From NCBI GenBank assembly GCA_963764725.1, contig CAVXTM010000010.1, forward strand, positions 64,001-128,000: a stretch of 64,000 nt of DNA, read 5' to 3'. Shown piece by piece: positions 50,093 to 59,801 of the stretch (position 1 is its first letter; every line of letters begins with the position of its first letter). The notes beneath the pieces were generated by a model that made no database searches, had not been told where the DNA came from, and worked only from the letters and a program-made list of their open reading frames with translations. The stretch comes from an uncultured Gammaproteobacteria bacterium. GTDB lineage: Bacteria; Pseudomonadota; Gammaproteobacteria; JACCXJ01. The translations under genes were made by a program, and so were the position numbers.

Positions 50093-50913
50093 ATGAAACA
50101 CGACGACATCTTGAATCAGGCTTCCATGCCGATCGCGAGTCCGAGCTATCCGCGCGGGCCTTATCGCTTTATCGATAGGGAGTATTTCATCGTGACCTAT
50201 GAGTCCGACAGAGATGCCATCCGCGAGGCGGTGCCGGAACCGCTCGTACCCGATGGAGCCAACACCGTGCTTTATGAGTTCATCCGCATGCCGGACAGCT
50301 CCGGCTTCGGCGACTATACGGAATCCGGCATCGTCATCCCCTGCAGTTACGAGGGGGAGCACGTAAACTTCACGGCCCAGATGTATCTCGACTGCGAACC
50401 GCCCATCGCGGGCGGCCGCGAGATCTGGGGCTTTCCCAAGAAAGCATGCGAAACCGAAGACTCCACGTCGCCAGCGACACGCTCACGGGGACCCTTGAGT
50501 ACGCCGGGCAGATGGTGGCGCTGGGCACCATGGGCTACAAGCACGAGAACCTGATCTGCCCGCAGGGCAATCCCCTGGCCTGTGACCCCCGCGAGATCGT
50601 TGACAAGATGAGCAAGACCCAGGTGAACCTGAAGCTCATTCCGGAGGTCCATGGGTCGCTTGGGATCGCGCAGCTGGTCGCCTACAACCTGAGCGATATT
50701 CATGTCAAGGGGGCCTGGAGCGGACCGGCCCGCCTGCATCTCGTGCCCCACGTCAACGCGCCCGTCGCCGACCTGCCGGTGAGAAAGATCGTCGGCGGCA
50801 CGCATTTCGTTGCCGATCTGACCTTGCCCTATGGCCGGGTCCTCTACGACTATCTCGCGGCAGAGGCGCGTGTCACGGAGGCCGAGAAGACGGACGCAAG
50901 AAAGTACGGTTAA
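50093..50913 (+). CDS. adc: Acetoacetate decarboxylase; apparent +2 frameshift at 50440-50460
   Basis: [36 protein letters not shown] (Schiff-base Lys), [19 protein letters not shown]. Confidence 0.85.
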
Positions 50914-50968
50914 AACCTCAGCACGGGTGGGTTTGAATCCGCGCATCCCAAATCTAAAGGTGAAGCAC

Positions 50969-52258
50969 ATGGCAAAAGCAATGACGAAGACGGCCAATCT
51001 GGCCCTCCAGGCTGGATCCAAGCCACCGGCGCGGCCGGCTTCGTATGACAAGAAAGTTGCTCTCGTTCTGCAAGGTGGTGGCGCGCTCGGCAGCTACCAG
51101 GCGGGCGTGTACGAGGCGCTGGCCTCCTCCGAATATCTGCCGGATTGGGTGGCCGGTATCTCGATTGGCGCGATCAACGCGGCGATCATCGCTGGCAATG
51201 CGCCGGAGAACCGCGTCGCGCGTTTGCGCAGCTTCTGGGAGGAAATCACCGCGCCGACTGCGTGGTGGCCTTCCGATCTGAGCGGACCGCTAGCCGTTTG
51301 GCAACAAAAGGCAAGCGCGCTTTCAGCTCTGATGTTCGGCCAGCCCGGCTTTTTCGCTCCGTGCGCCCTGCAAGACTGGTTTTTACCGGAAAAACCCACG
51401 AGCTACTACAACACCAATGCGCTCAAGGGCACGCTGGGGCGGCTGGTCGATTTCGACCGCATCAACAACGCCAAGGAGACGCGCTTCAGCGTAGGAGCGG
51501 TGAATGTGCGTACCGGTCGCTTTGCTTATTTCGATAGCGAGGAAATCACCATCCGTCCAGAGCATGTGATGGCGAGTGGCGCGTTGCCGCCAGGCTTTCC
51601 TCCGATCGAGATCGATGGCGAGCATTATTGGGACGGCGGGTTGGTCTCAAACACGCCGCTGCAATACGTGCTGGACTATTATCCGCGCCGCAGTCGTCTA
51701 TGCTTTCAGGTCGACGTGTTCCAGGGCCGCGGCCACCTCCCGAAAAATCTCGAAGAGGTCAGCGAGCGGGAAAAAGATATCCGTTATTCCAGCCGGACGC
51801 GGGTCAATACCGACGCCTTCCGGCAAAAGCATGAGGTGCGTCATGCGATCAACGAACTGCACAAATTGCTGCCGCAGGAAATCGCCAGGACTGAACAGGC
51901 CAAGCGGCTCTATGCATTCGGCTGCGTCACCGAGATGGACATCGTCCAGCTCATCTTTCGGCCGTACGAACCTCAAGGCGCGTCGAAGGACTATGAGTTC
52001 AGCCGAGGCACAATGAAGGCCCGCTGGGAGCAGGGGATTTCCGATGCCTCCACCACACTGCGCGCCGCGCCATGGCTCGCACCGAAACCGAAGGAAGTCG
52101 GCGTGCGCGTGTTCGATGTGATGCACGACGTCCTTGTCAAAAAGAGCCGAGCAACGACTGAAGCGATGCCGACGGGTGGCGATCGAATGAACATGCGGCC
52201 AACGAGAGGACGCTCGTCAAAAGACCCGTTGGCGTTGGTCGAACAAGAATCAGCGTGA
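50969..52258 (+). CDS. Patatin-like hydrolase with DUF3734-like C-terminus
   Basis: QGGGALG, GISIG, ASGALPPGFP, WDGG, KDYEFS. Confidence 0.9.
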   Translation: MAKAMTKTANLALQAGSKPPARPASYDKKVALVLQGGGALGSYQAGVYEALASSEYLPDWVAGISIGAINAAIIAGNAPENRVARLRSFWEEITAPTAWWPSDLSGPLAVWQQKASALSALMFGQPGFFAPCALQDWFLPEKPTSYYNTNALKGTLGRLVDFDRINNAKETRFSVGAVNVRTGRFAYFDSEEITIRPEHVMASGALPPGFPPIEIDGEHYWDGGLVSNTPLQYVLDYYPRRSRLCFQVDVFQGRGHLPKNLEEVSEREKDIRYSSRTRVNTDAFRQKHEVRHAINELHKLLPQEIARTEQAKRLYAFGCVTEMDIVQLIFRPYEPQGASKDYEFSRGTMKARWEQGISDASTTLRAAPWLAPKPKEVGVRVFDVMHDVLVKKSRATTEAMPTGGDRMNMRPTRGRSSKDPLALVEQESA

Positions 52259-52392
52259 CAGGAGCCAAATTTCGTGGACGCCTCTGACGTGATCGAGAAC
52301 GCCTTCGCGGAGCAGTATGATGAATACGACACAGAGTAGCGCACAGGCGTATAGAAAAAGGTTAATGACCCGTTCACACAAGAGGAGAAATC

Positions 52393-53382
52393 ATGAGCAC
52401 TAAAATTCTACCGCTAGAGGTTGCCGCCGATCCGCGTCTTTCAAGCGGCGTGAAGGCATTTTTGAAAGCGCTGAATTCGGGAGATGGCCCACCCTTAGAG
52501 ACATTACCCCCGCTAGAAGCGCGTGAGGTGCTGGTTAACGCGCAAGCGTCCGTTCACGTCAACCTTTCAGGCATTGAGGAGTCAGAGAAGACCATCACCA
52601 TCGATGGCTACACCGTCAAATTGAACGTCGTGCGCCCCAAGGGCGTCAAAGGAAAACTCCCGGTCTTCATCTTCATCCACGGCGGCGGTTGGGTACTCGG
52701 AGATTATCCAACACACAAGCGGATGGTTCGCGACCTCGTCGTCCTTTCCGGTTTGGCTGGAGTCTTCGTCAACTACACACGCACGCCCGACGCCAGGTAT
52801 CCACAAGCAGTCAACGAAATCTACGCCGCAACGAAGTGGGTGGCCGAGCACGGCGAGGAGATTGGGGTGGACGGGAAAAACCTGGCCGTCGTGGGCAACA
52901 GCGTCGGCGGCAATATGACGGCTGTGACCGCTCTGAAAGCTAAGGAGAAGGGCGGCCCCCTAATCAAACTTCAGATAATGATGTGGCCGATTGTGGACGC
53001 GAATTTCGAAACCGAATCCTACAAACAGTTTGGCGAGAAGCGTTTCCTCACCACGCCTTTGATGAAGTGGATGTATGACCTCTACACGACCGACCCCAAA
53101 GAGCGCAAAGAAATCTACGCCTCTCCCTTACAAGCTACGGTCGAGCAATTGAAGGGATTGCCTCCCGCACTGATCCAGGTCGCGGAAAGCGACGTTTTGC
53201 GTGACGAAGGCGAGGCGTACGGTCGCAAGTTGGACGAAGCTGGAGTCAAGGTTACCACGGTGCGATATAACGGCATGATCCACGACTTCGGATTGCTGAA
53301 TGGTTTAGCGATGGAACCAGCGACCCGTTCACTGTTCGAGCAGGCGGCCGCCGAACTGAAGAAATACCTGCGGCGTGAGTAA
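52393..53382 (+). CDS. HSL-family esterase/lipase
   Basis: HGGGW, GNSVGG, DVLRDEG, HDF. Confidence 0.92.
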   Translation: MSTKILPLEVAADPRLSSGVKAFLKALNSGDGPPLETLPPLEAREVLVNAQASVHVNLSGIEESEKTITIDGYTVKLNVVRPKGVKGKLPVFIFIHGGGWVLGDYPTHKRMVRDLVVLSGLAGVFVNYTRTPDARYPQAVNEIYAATKWVAEHGEEIGVDGKNLAVVGNSVGGNMTAVTALKAKEKGGPLIKLQIMMWPIVDANFETESYKQFGEKRFLTTPLMKWMYDLYTTDPKERKEIYASPLQATVEQLKGLPPALIQVAESDVLRDEGEAYGRKLDEAGVKVTTVRYNGMIHDFGLLNGLAMEPATRSLFEQAAAELKKYLRRE

Positions 53383-53451
53383 GAGAGAATGCACTTAAGC
53401 TTGCCCAGCGGCGCATTCGAGGCGAGGTAGGGTGACAGAAACTATCCGTCC

Positions 53452-53493
53452 TTGACAACAGACAATGGTCATTTATGATGAGCTTATGACCAT
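53452..53493 (+). promoter_or_regulatory. Sigma70 promoter and operator of the Phd-VapC module
   Basis: TTGACA-16-TATGAT, 6 nt before ATG; inverted repeat ATGGTCAT..ATGACCAT. Confidence 0.6.
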
Positions 53494-53725
53494 AACGATC
53501 ACCGAGTTCAAAGCCAAATGTCTTCATCTGATCCGTGAGGTAGAGGCGCAAGGAAAACCTATCGACATTACCCGTCGCGGGCGAGTGGTGGCACGCTTAG
53601 TCTCGGCCGCTCCAGTCGGCGCGCCCCGTGACAAGCCTTGGCAGCGCCTGCGCGGCAGCGGTCGTTTGGAGTGCGCACCCGGCGAATCGGCGTTGGCCGA
53701 CAGCGAGTTCAAAGCGCTGCGTTGA
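53486..53725 (+). CDS. Phd/YefM-family antitoxin
   Basis: ITEFKAKCL.LI.EV..G..I.ITRRGR.VA.L. Confidence 0.88.
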   Translation: MTITITEFKAKCLHLIREVEAQGKPIDITRRGRVVARLVSAAPVGAPRDKPWQRLRGSGRLECAPGESALADSEFKALR

Positions 53726-54126
53726 GCATCCTGCTCGATACGCACGCCTGGATCTGGTGGCTGACCGGCCAGCCAGATCTGCTCCGTAAACAGGCCGAAG
53801 CGCTCGATCGGCTGGCTGAGCGCCAATTGCCGCATCTGTCAGCTATAAGCCTTTGGGAAGCGCAGATGCTGAACGCCAAGGGCAGGCTGAAACTCGATTT
53901 GCCCTTCGATCGCTGGCTGCGCGAAGCCGCGATCCCGGAGGTGGTCCGCATACTACATCTCGACGTCGCTGTGGTTTTGGAGCTGAGCACGCTACCCGCG
54001 CGCTTTCGCGGCGATCCGGCCGATCGCATTATCGTAGCCACGGCGCGGGTGTTTAACCTCCCGCTACTCTCATTCGATGCGGCGATCCGCAAGGCGCGGG
54101 TCGTACGATTGTGGAAGGCCCCTTAG
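53722..54126 (+). CDS. vapC: VapC/PIN-domain toxin
   Basis: LLDTHAWIWW, SAISLWE, DPADRIIVATA, SFD; TTG overlaps the antitoxin stop. Confidence 0.88.
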   Translation: MSILLDTHAWIWWLTGQPDLLRKQAEALDRLAERQLPHLSAISLWEAQMLNAKGRLKLDLPFDRWLREAAIPEVVRILHLDVAVVLELSTLPARFRGDPADRIIVATARVFNLPLLSFDAAIRKARVVRLWKAP

Positions 54127-54172
54127 GGCCCGGTCGCCATCGACCGAAACCAGCTCAGCGGTTACTGTCTCG

Positions 54173-54958
54173 ATGGCGATCCTGATCGCATATCTGGCGC
54201 TCGGCGCGCTCGCCGGGATCCTCGCCGGGCTGTTTGGGATCGGAGGCGGCATCGTGATCGTGCCCGGTCTCTATTTCTTGTTTCTGGCGCAGGGGTTCTC
54301 GGAGCAGGTTTGCATGCACCTTGCCGTCGGCAGTTCGCTCGCGAGCGTGGTCTTTACCTCGATGTCCTCGGCGTCGGCGCATCATCGCCAGGGTTCCGTG
54401 CATTGGAAAGCGGTGCGGGGATTAACGCCCGGGATTTTGGCTGGGGCCGCGCTTGGGGCCGCGCTTGCCGATCTCATCCCCGGGCGGGGCTTGCGGCTCA
54501 TGTTCGGCCTCTTCGAGATCGTCGTAGCCGTGCAATTGTTGTATGGTTTCAAACCGGCTCCGCACCGCGAGTTACCTGGGCGGGGGGTGCTCGGCCTGAT
54601 GGGCGTCGTGATCGGTATGGTATCCGCGCTCCTCGGGATCGGCGGCGGCACGCTGACCGTACCGGTCTTGTTATGGTGTAATGTATCGATGCATCCAGCC
54701 GTGGGCACGTCGGCGGCCTGCGGTTTGCCGATCGCGCTCGCGGGTGCGCTTGGGTTCCTGATCACGGGCTGGGACGGCGCCGGTTTGCCGCACTGGAGCA
54801 GCGGTTATCTGTACTGGCCGGCCGTGACGGCGGTGGCCGGGGGAAGTGTCTTGTTCGCCCCGTTCGGTGCGCGCCTCGCCCACAGCCTGCCGGTCGTGAG
54901 CCTGAAGCGGTTATTCGCGCTGGTGGTCGCGGTCATCGGTATGCGCATACTTATATAG
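54173..54958 (+). CDS. TauE/SafE-family membrane exporter
   Basis: Duplicated GL.GIGGG..VP motif, AVGSS/AVGTS. Confidence 0.9.
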   Translation: MAILIAYLALGALAGILAGLFGIGGGIVIVPGLYFLFLAQGFSEQVCMHLAVGSSLASVVFTSMSSASAHHRQGSVHWKAVRGLTPGILAGAALGAALADLIPGRGLRLMFGLFEIVVAVQLLYGFKPAPHRELPGRGVLGLMGVVIGMVSALLGIGGGTLTVPVLLWCNVSMHPAVGTSAACGLPIALAGALGFLITGWDGAGLPHWSSGYLYWPAVTAVAGGSVLFAPFGARLAHSLPVVSLKRLFALVVAVIGMRILI

Positions 54959-55012
54959 TCTTAACGTGGGCTTTTTTATAGGCTTCTAACGGCCTACACG
55001 AGCGGTAACCCA

Positions 55013-55483
55013 GTGTCCAAGTTCCTGCTGTCGATATTGATTTTCTTAGTCTTGCTGCTTGGGCTCCTGGCCGGTGCCCTGGCGGGAAACCGGTTGCCGT
55101 GGTTGGAACCGCCCGGTCCGTGGGTGAGGCTCAAGACCTATCTCGGTTCCAACGTGGCGCGGACGGACGCGGCCAGCACCTTTACTGAGCTACGCCCCCG
55201 TCTCTATCAAGCGGCGCCTGTAGAGGTCTTTGTCAGGGCGCGGGAGGCGATGACGCAGCTTGGTTGGGAAGTCGTAGGGCAAGATCGAGACCGGCTTCGG
55301 CTCGACGCGGTAGTGACCACGCGGCTCTTGCGTTTCAAGGACGATCTCGTCGTGCGGCTGGTACCGACGGAGGGGCACACCGCTGTCCACGCCGAATCGC
55401 GCTCGCGTGTGGGCCGTGGCGATCTCGGTGCCAACACGCGCCATATCCTCGATTTATATGAGCGCTTGGACCAGGTGCGATGA
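55013..55483 (+). CDS. DUF1499-like protein
   Basis: N-terminal TM; T.LLRFKDD, SRSRVG.GDLGAN.R.I. Confidence 0.82.
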   Translation: MSKFLLSILIFLVLLLGLLAGALAGNRLPWLEPPGPWVRLKTYLGSNVARTDAASTFTELRPRLYQAAPVEVFVRAREAMTQLGWEVVGQDRDRLRLDAVVTTRLLRFKDDLVVRLVPTEGHTAVHAESRSRVGRGDLGANTRHILDLYERLDQVR

Positions 55484-56508
55484 TGGAGGTGGGGCCTAGA
55501 CGGATTCCGGGCCACGCCGCCTTGGCGGTGGCGACGCGCGGGGTGGCGGTCGAGAGCATTCACTACGGGTCGATTGCCGCAGTCGATTCCAAGGGCCGGC
55601 TCATCGCCAGCGCGGGCGATCCGTGTGCGTTGACATTTACGCGCTCGGCCTGCAAACCGCTGCAAATACTGCCCTTGCTCGCTCATGATGGCGTAGATCG
55701 GTTTGCGTTCACGCCTGAGGAGATCGCGCTCATGTGCGCGAGCCATTCCGGCGAACCCAAGCACGTCGATGCAGTGCTTGGGATCCTCTCGAAGATCCGC
55801 TGCAGCCGGCGTGATCTCCAGTGCGGGGTGCATGTCCCGCTGCTGTATCAAGCGCTCGGCCGGCCGCCGAAGCCAAGCGAGGCGTTTGACGCGCTCCACC
55901 ATAACTGCTCCGGGAAGCATGCGGGGATGCTGGCGCTCGCCCGCTTGCTCGAGGCCCCGATCGAAGACTATCTCAAGGTCGAGCACCCGGTCCAACAACG
56001 GATCTTGGCGGCTATCGCGAGCATGGCGGATGTATCTCTGGGCGACATCGTCGTCGGAATCGACGGCTGCAGCGCGCCCAACGCGGCCATCCCCCTGCGG
56101 GCGCTGGCGCTGGCCTATGCGCGGCTTGCGGGCGGGGAGGGGATGCACCTCGAGGTGTGCAGGGCCGTTTTCTCCGCCATCGCCGCTCATCCCGGCATGG
56201 TGTCCGGGAGCGGCCGGTTTGACCATGCATTGACCCAAAGCGGCCGCGGGAAGTGGGTAAGCAAAGGAGGGGCGGAAGGCGTCGAGGGTATTGGCGTTAA
56301 GGGTCGCGGCTGGGGGATCGCCATCAAGATCGCGGACGGCGCGCCACGCGCGCTGCACGTGGTCACGATCGAGGTCTTGCGCCAGCTCGGAGTGCTGAAA
56401 CCACCGATCGCTACGGTGCTCATCCCCTACCGCCGGGTGTCGCTTTCGAATGCGCGCGGGGTGGAGATCGGCGAGGTGATGCCGGTGTTTAAACTAAGGA
56501 AACTCTGA
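55480..56508 (+). CDS. Class-3 (Rhizobium etli-type) L-asparaginase
   Basis: RSACKPLQ, CASHSGE, HNCSGKH, DGCSAP, SKGGAEG, KIADG. Confidence 0.9.
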   Translation: MMEVGPRRIPGHAALAVATRGVAVESIHYGSIAAVDSKGRLIASAGDPCALTFTRSACKPLQILPLLAHDGVDRFAFTPEEIALMCASHSGEPKHVDAVLGILSKIRCSRRDLQCGVHVPLLYQALGRPPKPSEAFDALHHNCSGKHAGMLALARLLEAPIEDYLKVEHPVQQRILAAIASMADVSLGDIVVGIDGCSAPNAAIPLRALALAYARLAGGEGMHLEVCRAVFSAIAAHPGMVSGSGRFDHALTQSGRGKWVSKGGAEGVEGIGVKGRGWGIAIKIADGAPRALHVVTIEVLRQLGVLKPPIATVLIPYRRVSLSNARGVEIGEVMPVFKLRKL

Positions 56509-56640
56509 ATAAACTACTGCGCCGCCCATCTGCTTTGTCTCGTGCTCGCTCGCCGCTCGCCTATCTGCATGGTATGTCTCGCGTCTCGCTGCGCGGCTTC
56601 GCGCAGCTGGGCGTGCTCATAACACTTATTCAGAGTTTCC
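56498..56640. mobile_element. 143-bp MITE with IS5-like ends
   Basis: Perfect 15-bp TIR GGAAACTCTGAATAA / TTATTCAGAGTTTCC flanked by CTAA and CTAG. Confidence 0.85.
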
Positions 56641-56776
56641 CTAGGCTAGGATGTGGCGAGCCCTTCTAGTTAGCTCGCGAACTCTTGAGCGGGCCAAAGC
56701 TAGGGATAAGCATGCTTTACTTTAGCCTGCAATGAAACCTCGCAATCCGAATGTGAAAAAAAGGTACAAACACGCA

Positions 56777-56803
56777 GCATCCAAATCCTGATTCTAAACG
56801 TAT
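56777..56803 (+). promoter_or_regulatory. Possible ECF-sigma promoter
   Basis: GCATCC-N16-CGTAT upstream of the DUF4394-like gene. Confidence 0.3.
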
Positions 56804-56947
56804 ACAACCACGAATACTTGCTCGGAAAGGGAATTGCCAGAGTCAACCCGAGGGACGGCTACGTATTCAGGTGGACGAGTCACCCGTCTTCGGGTGGTTT
56901 CTCTTTAAGTGAAATTGCATGTATACACAGGTATTAGGAGAACGACG

Positions 56948-57823
56948 ATGAATCCAATCTCGAAGCTGTCTAAAACCGCGGCTATTGCGCTATGCGCATT
57001 GGCTCTGGGAATCACGGAAAACGCACTGGCCACGAGCAGCACGGGCAAAAGCGCAAAATCCCTTAAAGTCATCGGCCTGACTGACGATGGTCGGCTGGTC
57101 AAATTCCAGAGCGATAAACCTGGCCGCAGCCAAGAAATCGGCTTTGTCACGGGGCTTGTCGGTAACGATGTGGCGCTGGTCGGCATCGATTTCCGGGTTC
57201 AAGATGGTCTGCTCTACGGCGTTGGAAATGGCGGAGGTGTCTACACCATAGACCGGCGGACTGGTGTGGCGAGTTTCGTGAATTCGCTCAATGACGGCGT
57301 CAATCCAGTCGCATTATCCGGAACCTTTTTCGGCGTTGACTTCAATCCCGCGGCCGACCGTTTGAGAATCATTAGTGATACCGGCCAAAATCTTGCCCAC
57401 AACGTCAATGCGGGCGGCACGACGACGGTGGGGCCGGGCATGCTCAATAACGGGGCGACTCCGCCGGTGGTTGTGCTCGGTGTTAGCGGTGCCGCGTACA
57501 CCAACAACGATCTCCAGCCGACTACAGCGACGACGCTCTTCGACATCAATGCGACGGGTGATCAGGTCGTGATTCAGTCACCCCCTGCGAGCGGCGCACT
57601 CACGCCAACCGGATCGCTCGGGGTAGATGCAGGTCCCTGGGTGGGCTTTGATATTTATAGCTCGTTGGTAGGCGGTGTGACCGTGCAAAACCGTGCCTTT
57701 GCGTCACTGGTTGTGGGCGGCGTATACGGTTTCTACCAGATTAACCCGCTGACCGGTGCGGCCAAGCGAGTCGGCAAGTTTAACGACACAGTGGTGGACA
57801 TTGCCGTTCGCCTGAATCAGTAA
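56948..57823 (+). CDS. Secreted DUF4394-like protein
   Basis: Signal peptide; LVGIDFR..DG.LYG, GVDFNPAADRLR, AAYTN, Q.PP..G.L; AGGAG RBS. Confidence 0.85.
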   Translation: MNPISKLSKTAAIALCALALGITENALATSSTGKSAKSLKVIGLTDDGRLVKFQSDKPGRSQEIGFVTGLVGNDVALVGIDFRVQDGLLYGVGNGGGVYTIDRRTGVASFVNSLNDGVNPVALSGTFFGVDFNPAADRLRIISDTGQNLAHNVNAGGTTTVGPGMLNNGATPPVVVLGVSGAAYTNNDLQPTTATTLFDINATGDQVVIQSPPASGALTPTGSLGVDAGPWVGFDIYSSLVGGVTVQNRAFASLVVGGVYGFYQINPLTGAAKRVGKFNDTVVDIAVRLNQ

Positions 57824-57834
57824 CTTCGGGAGTA

Positions 57835-57870
57835 AACCGCTCGTCCGGTCGGGCCCTCGGGCGAGCGGTT
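57835..57870 (+). terminator. Hairpin after the DUF4394-like gene
   Basis: AACCGCTCGTCCG...CGGGCGAGCGGTT; weak U-tract. Confidence 0.4.
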
Positions 57871-58083
57871 CATCCGCCTACGGCAAGCGCCGCCTCACCC
57901 CCAAATAATTACCTAGCCACAGGATGACGGAGCACCCCCGGCTACCGCTTGGATCGAGGGGGCGGGGCACGGGTCCGTAAGAGCAAAAGACGCAGCATCC
58001 CATGACTCAGCGTCCGCAAAGGTTGACGCGCGCGCAATAATTTGCACAATGGTGGCCCCAATTGGGGGAGCGATTCTTGAGTC

Positions 58084-59043
58084 ATGCACTCGATCGAAGT
58101 CAAGCATCTCAGTAAAGATTTTGGCATTTTGCAGGCGGTCACCGATGTGTCTTTCACGGTTGAGCGCGGCGATGTTCTCGGCTTTCTCGGACCCAATGGG
58201 GCTGGTAAATCCACGGCCATGAAGATGATCGCGGGGTTCCTCGAGCCGAGCGCGGGGACCGTGACGGTGTGCGGTCACGATGTGGTCGAAAGGCCCGTAG
58301 CCGTCAAATCCAAGATCGGTTATTTACCCGAGGGCGCGCCCCTCTATGGCGAGATGACGCCCGCGGGCTTTCTCGAGTTCATCGCCGAGGTGCGGGGGCT
58401 GTCCCCCCGGCAAAGAGAGGAGAAAATTGCCGATGTCGTGCAGAAGATCCACCTTGAAGGCGTTCTCCAGCAACGCATCGAGACGCTTTCCAAAGGCTAT
58501 AAGCGCCGCGTCGGTCTCGCTCAGGCCCTGCTGCATGATCCGGAGGTCTTGATCCTGGACGAGCCGACCGACGGCCTCGATCCGAATCAAAAGCACGAGG
58601 TCCGCACGCTCATCAAGGAGATGGCCCCTCATAAGGCGATCATCATCTCGACGCATATTCTCGAAGAAGTGGATGCGGTCTGCACCCGCGCCATCATCAT
58701 CGGGCGGGGCCGGGTACTGTTTGCCGGGACGCCGGCCGAGCTCGAAGCGCGCTCACGGTATTACAACGCGGTCGCCCTGGTCCTGAACCATGGCGCGGCG
58801 GGCAATGCCAAGAGGCGCTTGCTAACCTTGAGCAACGTCGAGGACATCGAGGAGATCCCGGTGCGCGATGGGTTGGTGCGCCTGCTGGTACTGCCAAAAA
58901 AAAGCCGCTCGATTATCGCCGAAATCGGCGAGACCGTGCGCGGAAACGGCTGGGAGGTGGACGAGCTACGCGTGGAGACCGGGCACCTCGATGAGGTGTT
59001 CCGCACCATCACCGCGGATTTTAACGAGGGCGCGCGCGCATGA
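58084..59043 (+). CDS. ABC transporter ATP-binding protein (GldA-like)
   Basis: GPNGAGKS, LSKGY..RVGLAQ, LILDEPT, STH. Confidence 0.93.
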   Translation: MHSIEVKHLSKDFGILQAVTDVSFTVERGDVLGFLGPNGAGKSTAMKMIAGFLEPSAGTVTVCGHDVVERPVAVKSKIGYLPEGAPLYGEMTPAGFLEFIAEVRGLSPRQREEKIADVVQKIHLEGVLQQRIETLSKGYKRRVGLAQALLHDPEVLILDEPTDGLDPNQKHEVRTLIKEMAPHKAIIISTHILEEVDAVCTRAIIIGRGRVLFAGTPAELEARSRYYNAVALVLNHGAAGNAKRRLLTLSNVEDIEEIPVRDGLVRLLVLPKKSRSIIAEIGETVRGNGWEVDELRVETGHLDEVFRTITADFNEGARA

Positions 59044-59774
59044 GGATCACCTTCGCGATTTTCAAGCGGGAGCTTCATGCCTATTTCGCGACGCCCGTCG
59101 CTTATGTCTTTATCGTGATCTTCTTGTTGTTGACCGGGGTCTTTACCTTTTATCTCGGCGGCTTCTACGAAAGCAATCAAGCCGATCTCGATGCCTTTTT
59201 CCAGTTCCATCCGTGGCTGTATTTATTTTTAATCCCGGCGATCTCGATGCGCCTCTGGGCCGAAGAGCGTAAGGCGGGAACGATCGAGCTGTTGATGACC
59301 CTGCCGGTGTCGTTGACGCAAGCAGTATTGGGTAAGTACCTGGCGGCCTGGTGTTTCACCGCCTTGGCGCTGGCCTTGACGTTTCCGATCTGGATCACCG
59401 TGAACTACTTGGGCGATCCAGACAATGGTGTCATCGTGGCCGGATATCTCGGAAGTTTGATCATGGCCGGCGGGTTTCTCGCCATCGGGGGGTGCTTCTC
59501 GGCGCTGACGAAGAGTCAGGTCGTTGCCTTCGTGCTCAGCATGGCCGTCTCCTTCTGCTTCGTGCTCAGCGGTTTCCCCATCGTGCTCGATTTGTTCCAG
59601 GCCTGGATGCCACAAGCGCTGGTCGATGCCATCGCTTCCTTCAGCTTCCTCACGCATTTTTCGGCGATTCGCAAGGGTGTCATCGATGTGCGGAGTCTAG
59701 TCTATTTTCTTAGCCTCATCGCCTTTTGGTTATACGCCACGACGGTCGCGATCGATGCGCGTAAAGCCAGTTAA
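59040..59774 (+). CDS. ABC-2 permease (GldF-like)
   Basis: YFATPVAY, PAISMRLWAEERK.GTIELL.TLP. Confidence 0.9.
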   Translation: MRITFAIFKRELHAYFATPVAYVFIVIFLLLTGVFTFYLGGFYESNQADLDAFFQFHPWLYLFLIPAISMRLWAEERKAGTIELLMTLPVSLTQAVLGKYLAAWCFTALALALTFPIWITVNYLGDPDNGVIVAGYLGSLIMAGGFLAIGGCFSALTKSQVVAFVLSMAVSFCFVLSGFPIVLDLFQAWMPQALVDAIASFSFLTHFSAIRKGVIDVRSLVYFLSLIAFWLYATTVAIDARKAS

Positions 59775-59801
59775 GCTCACCTACGGGAGGAGGCGACAGT
59801 T

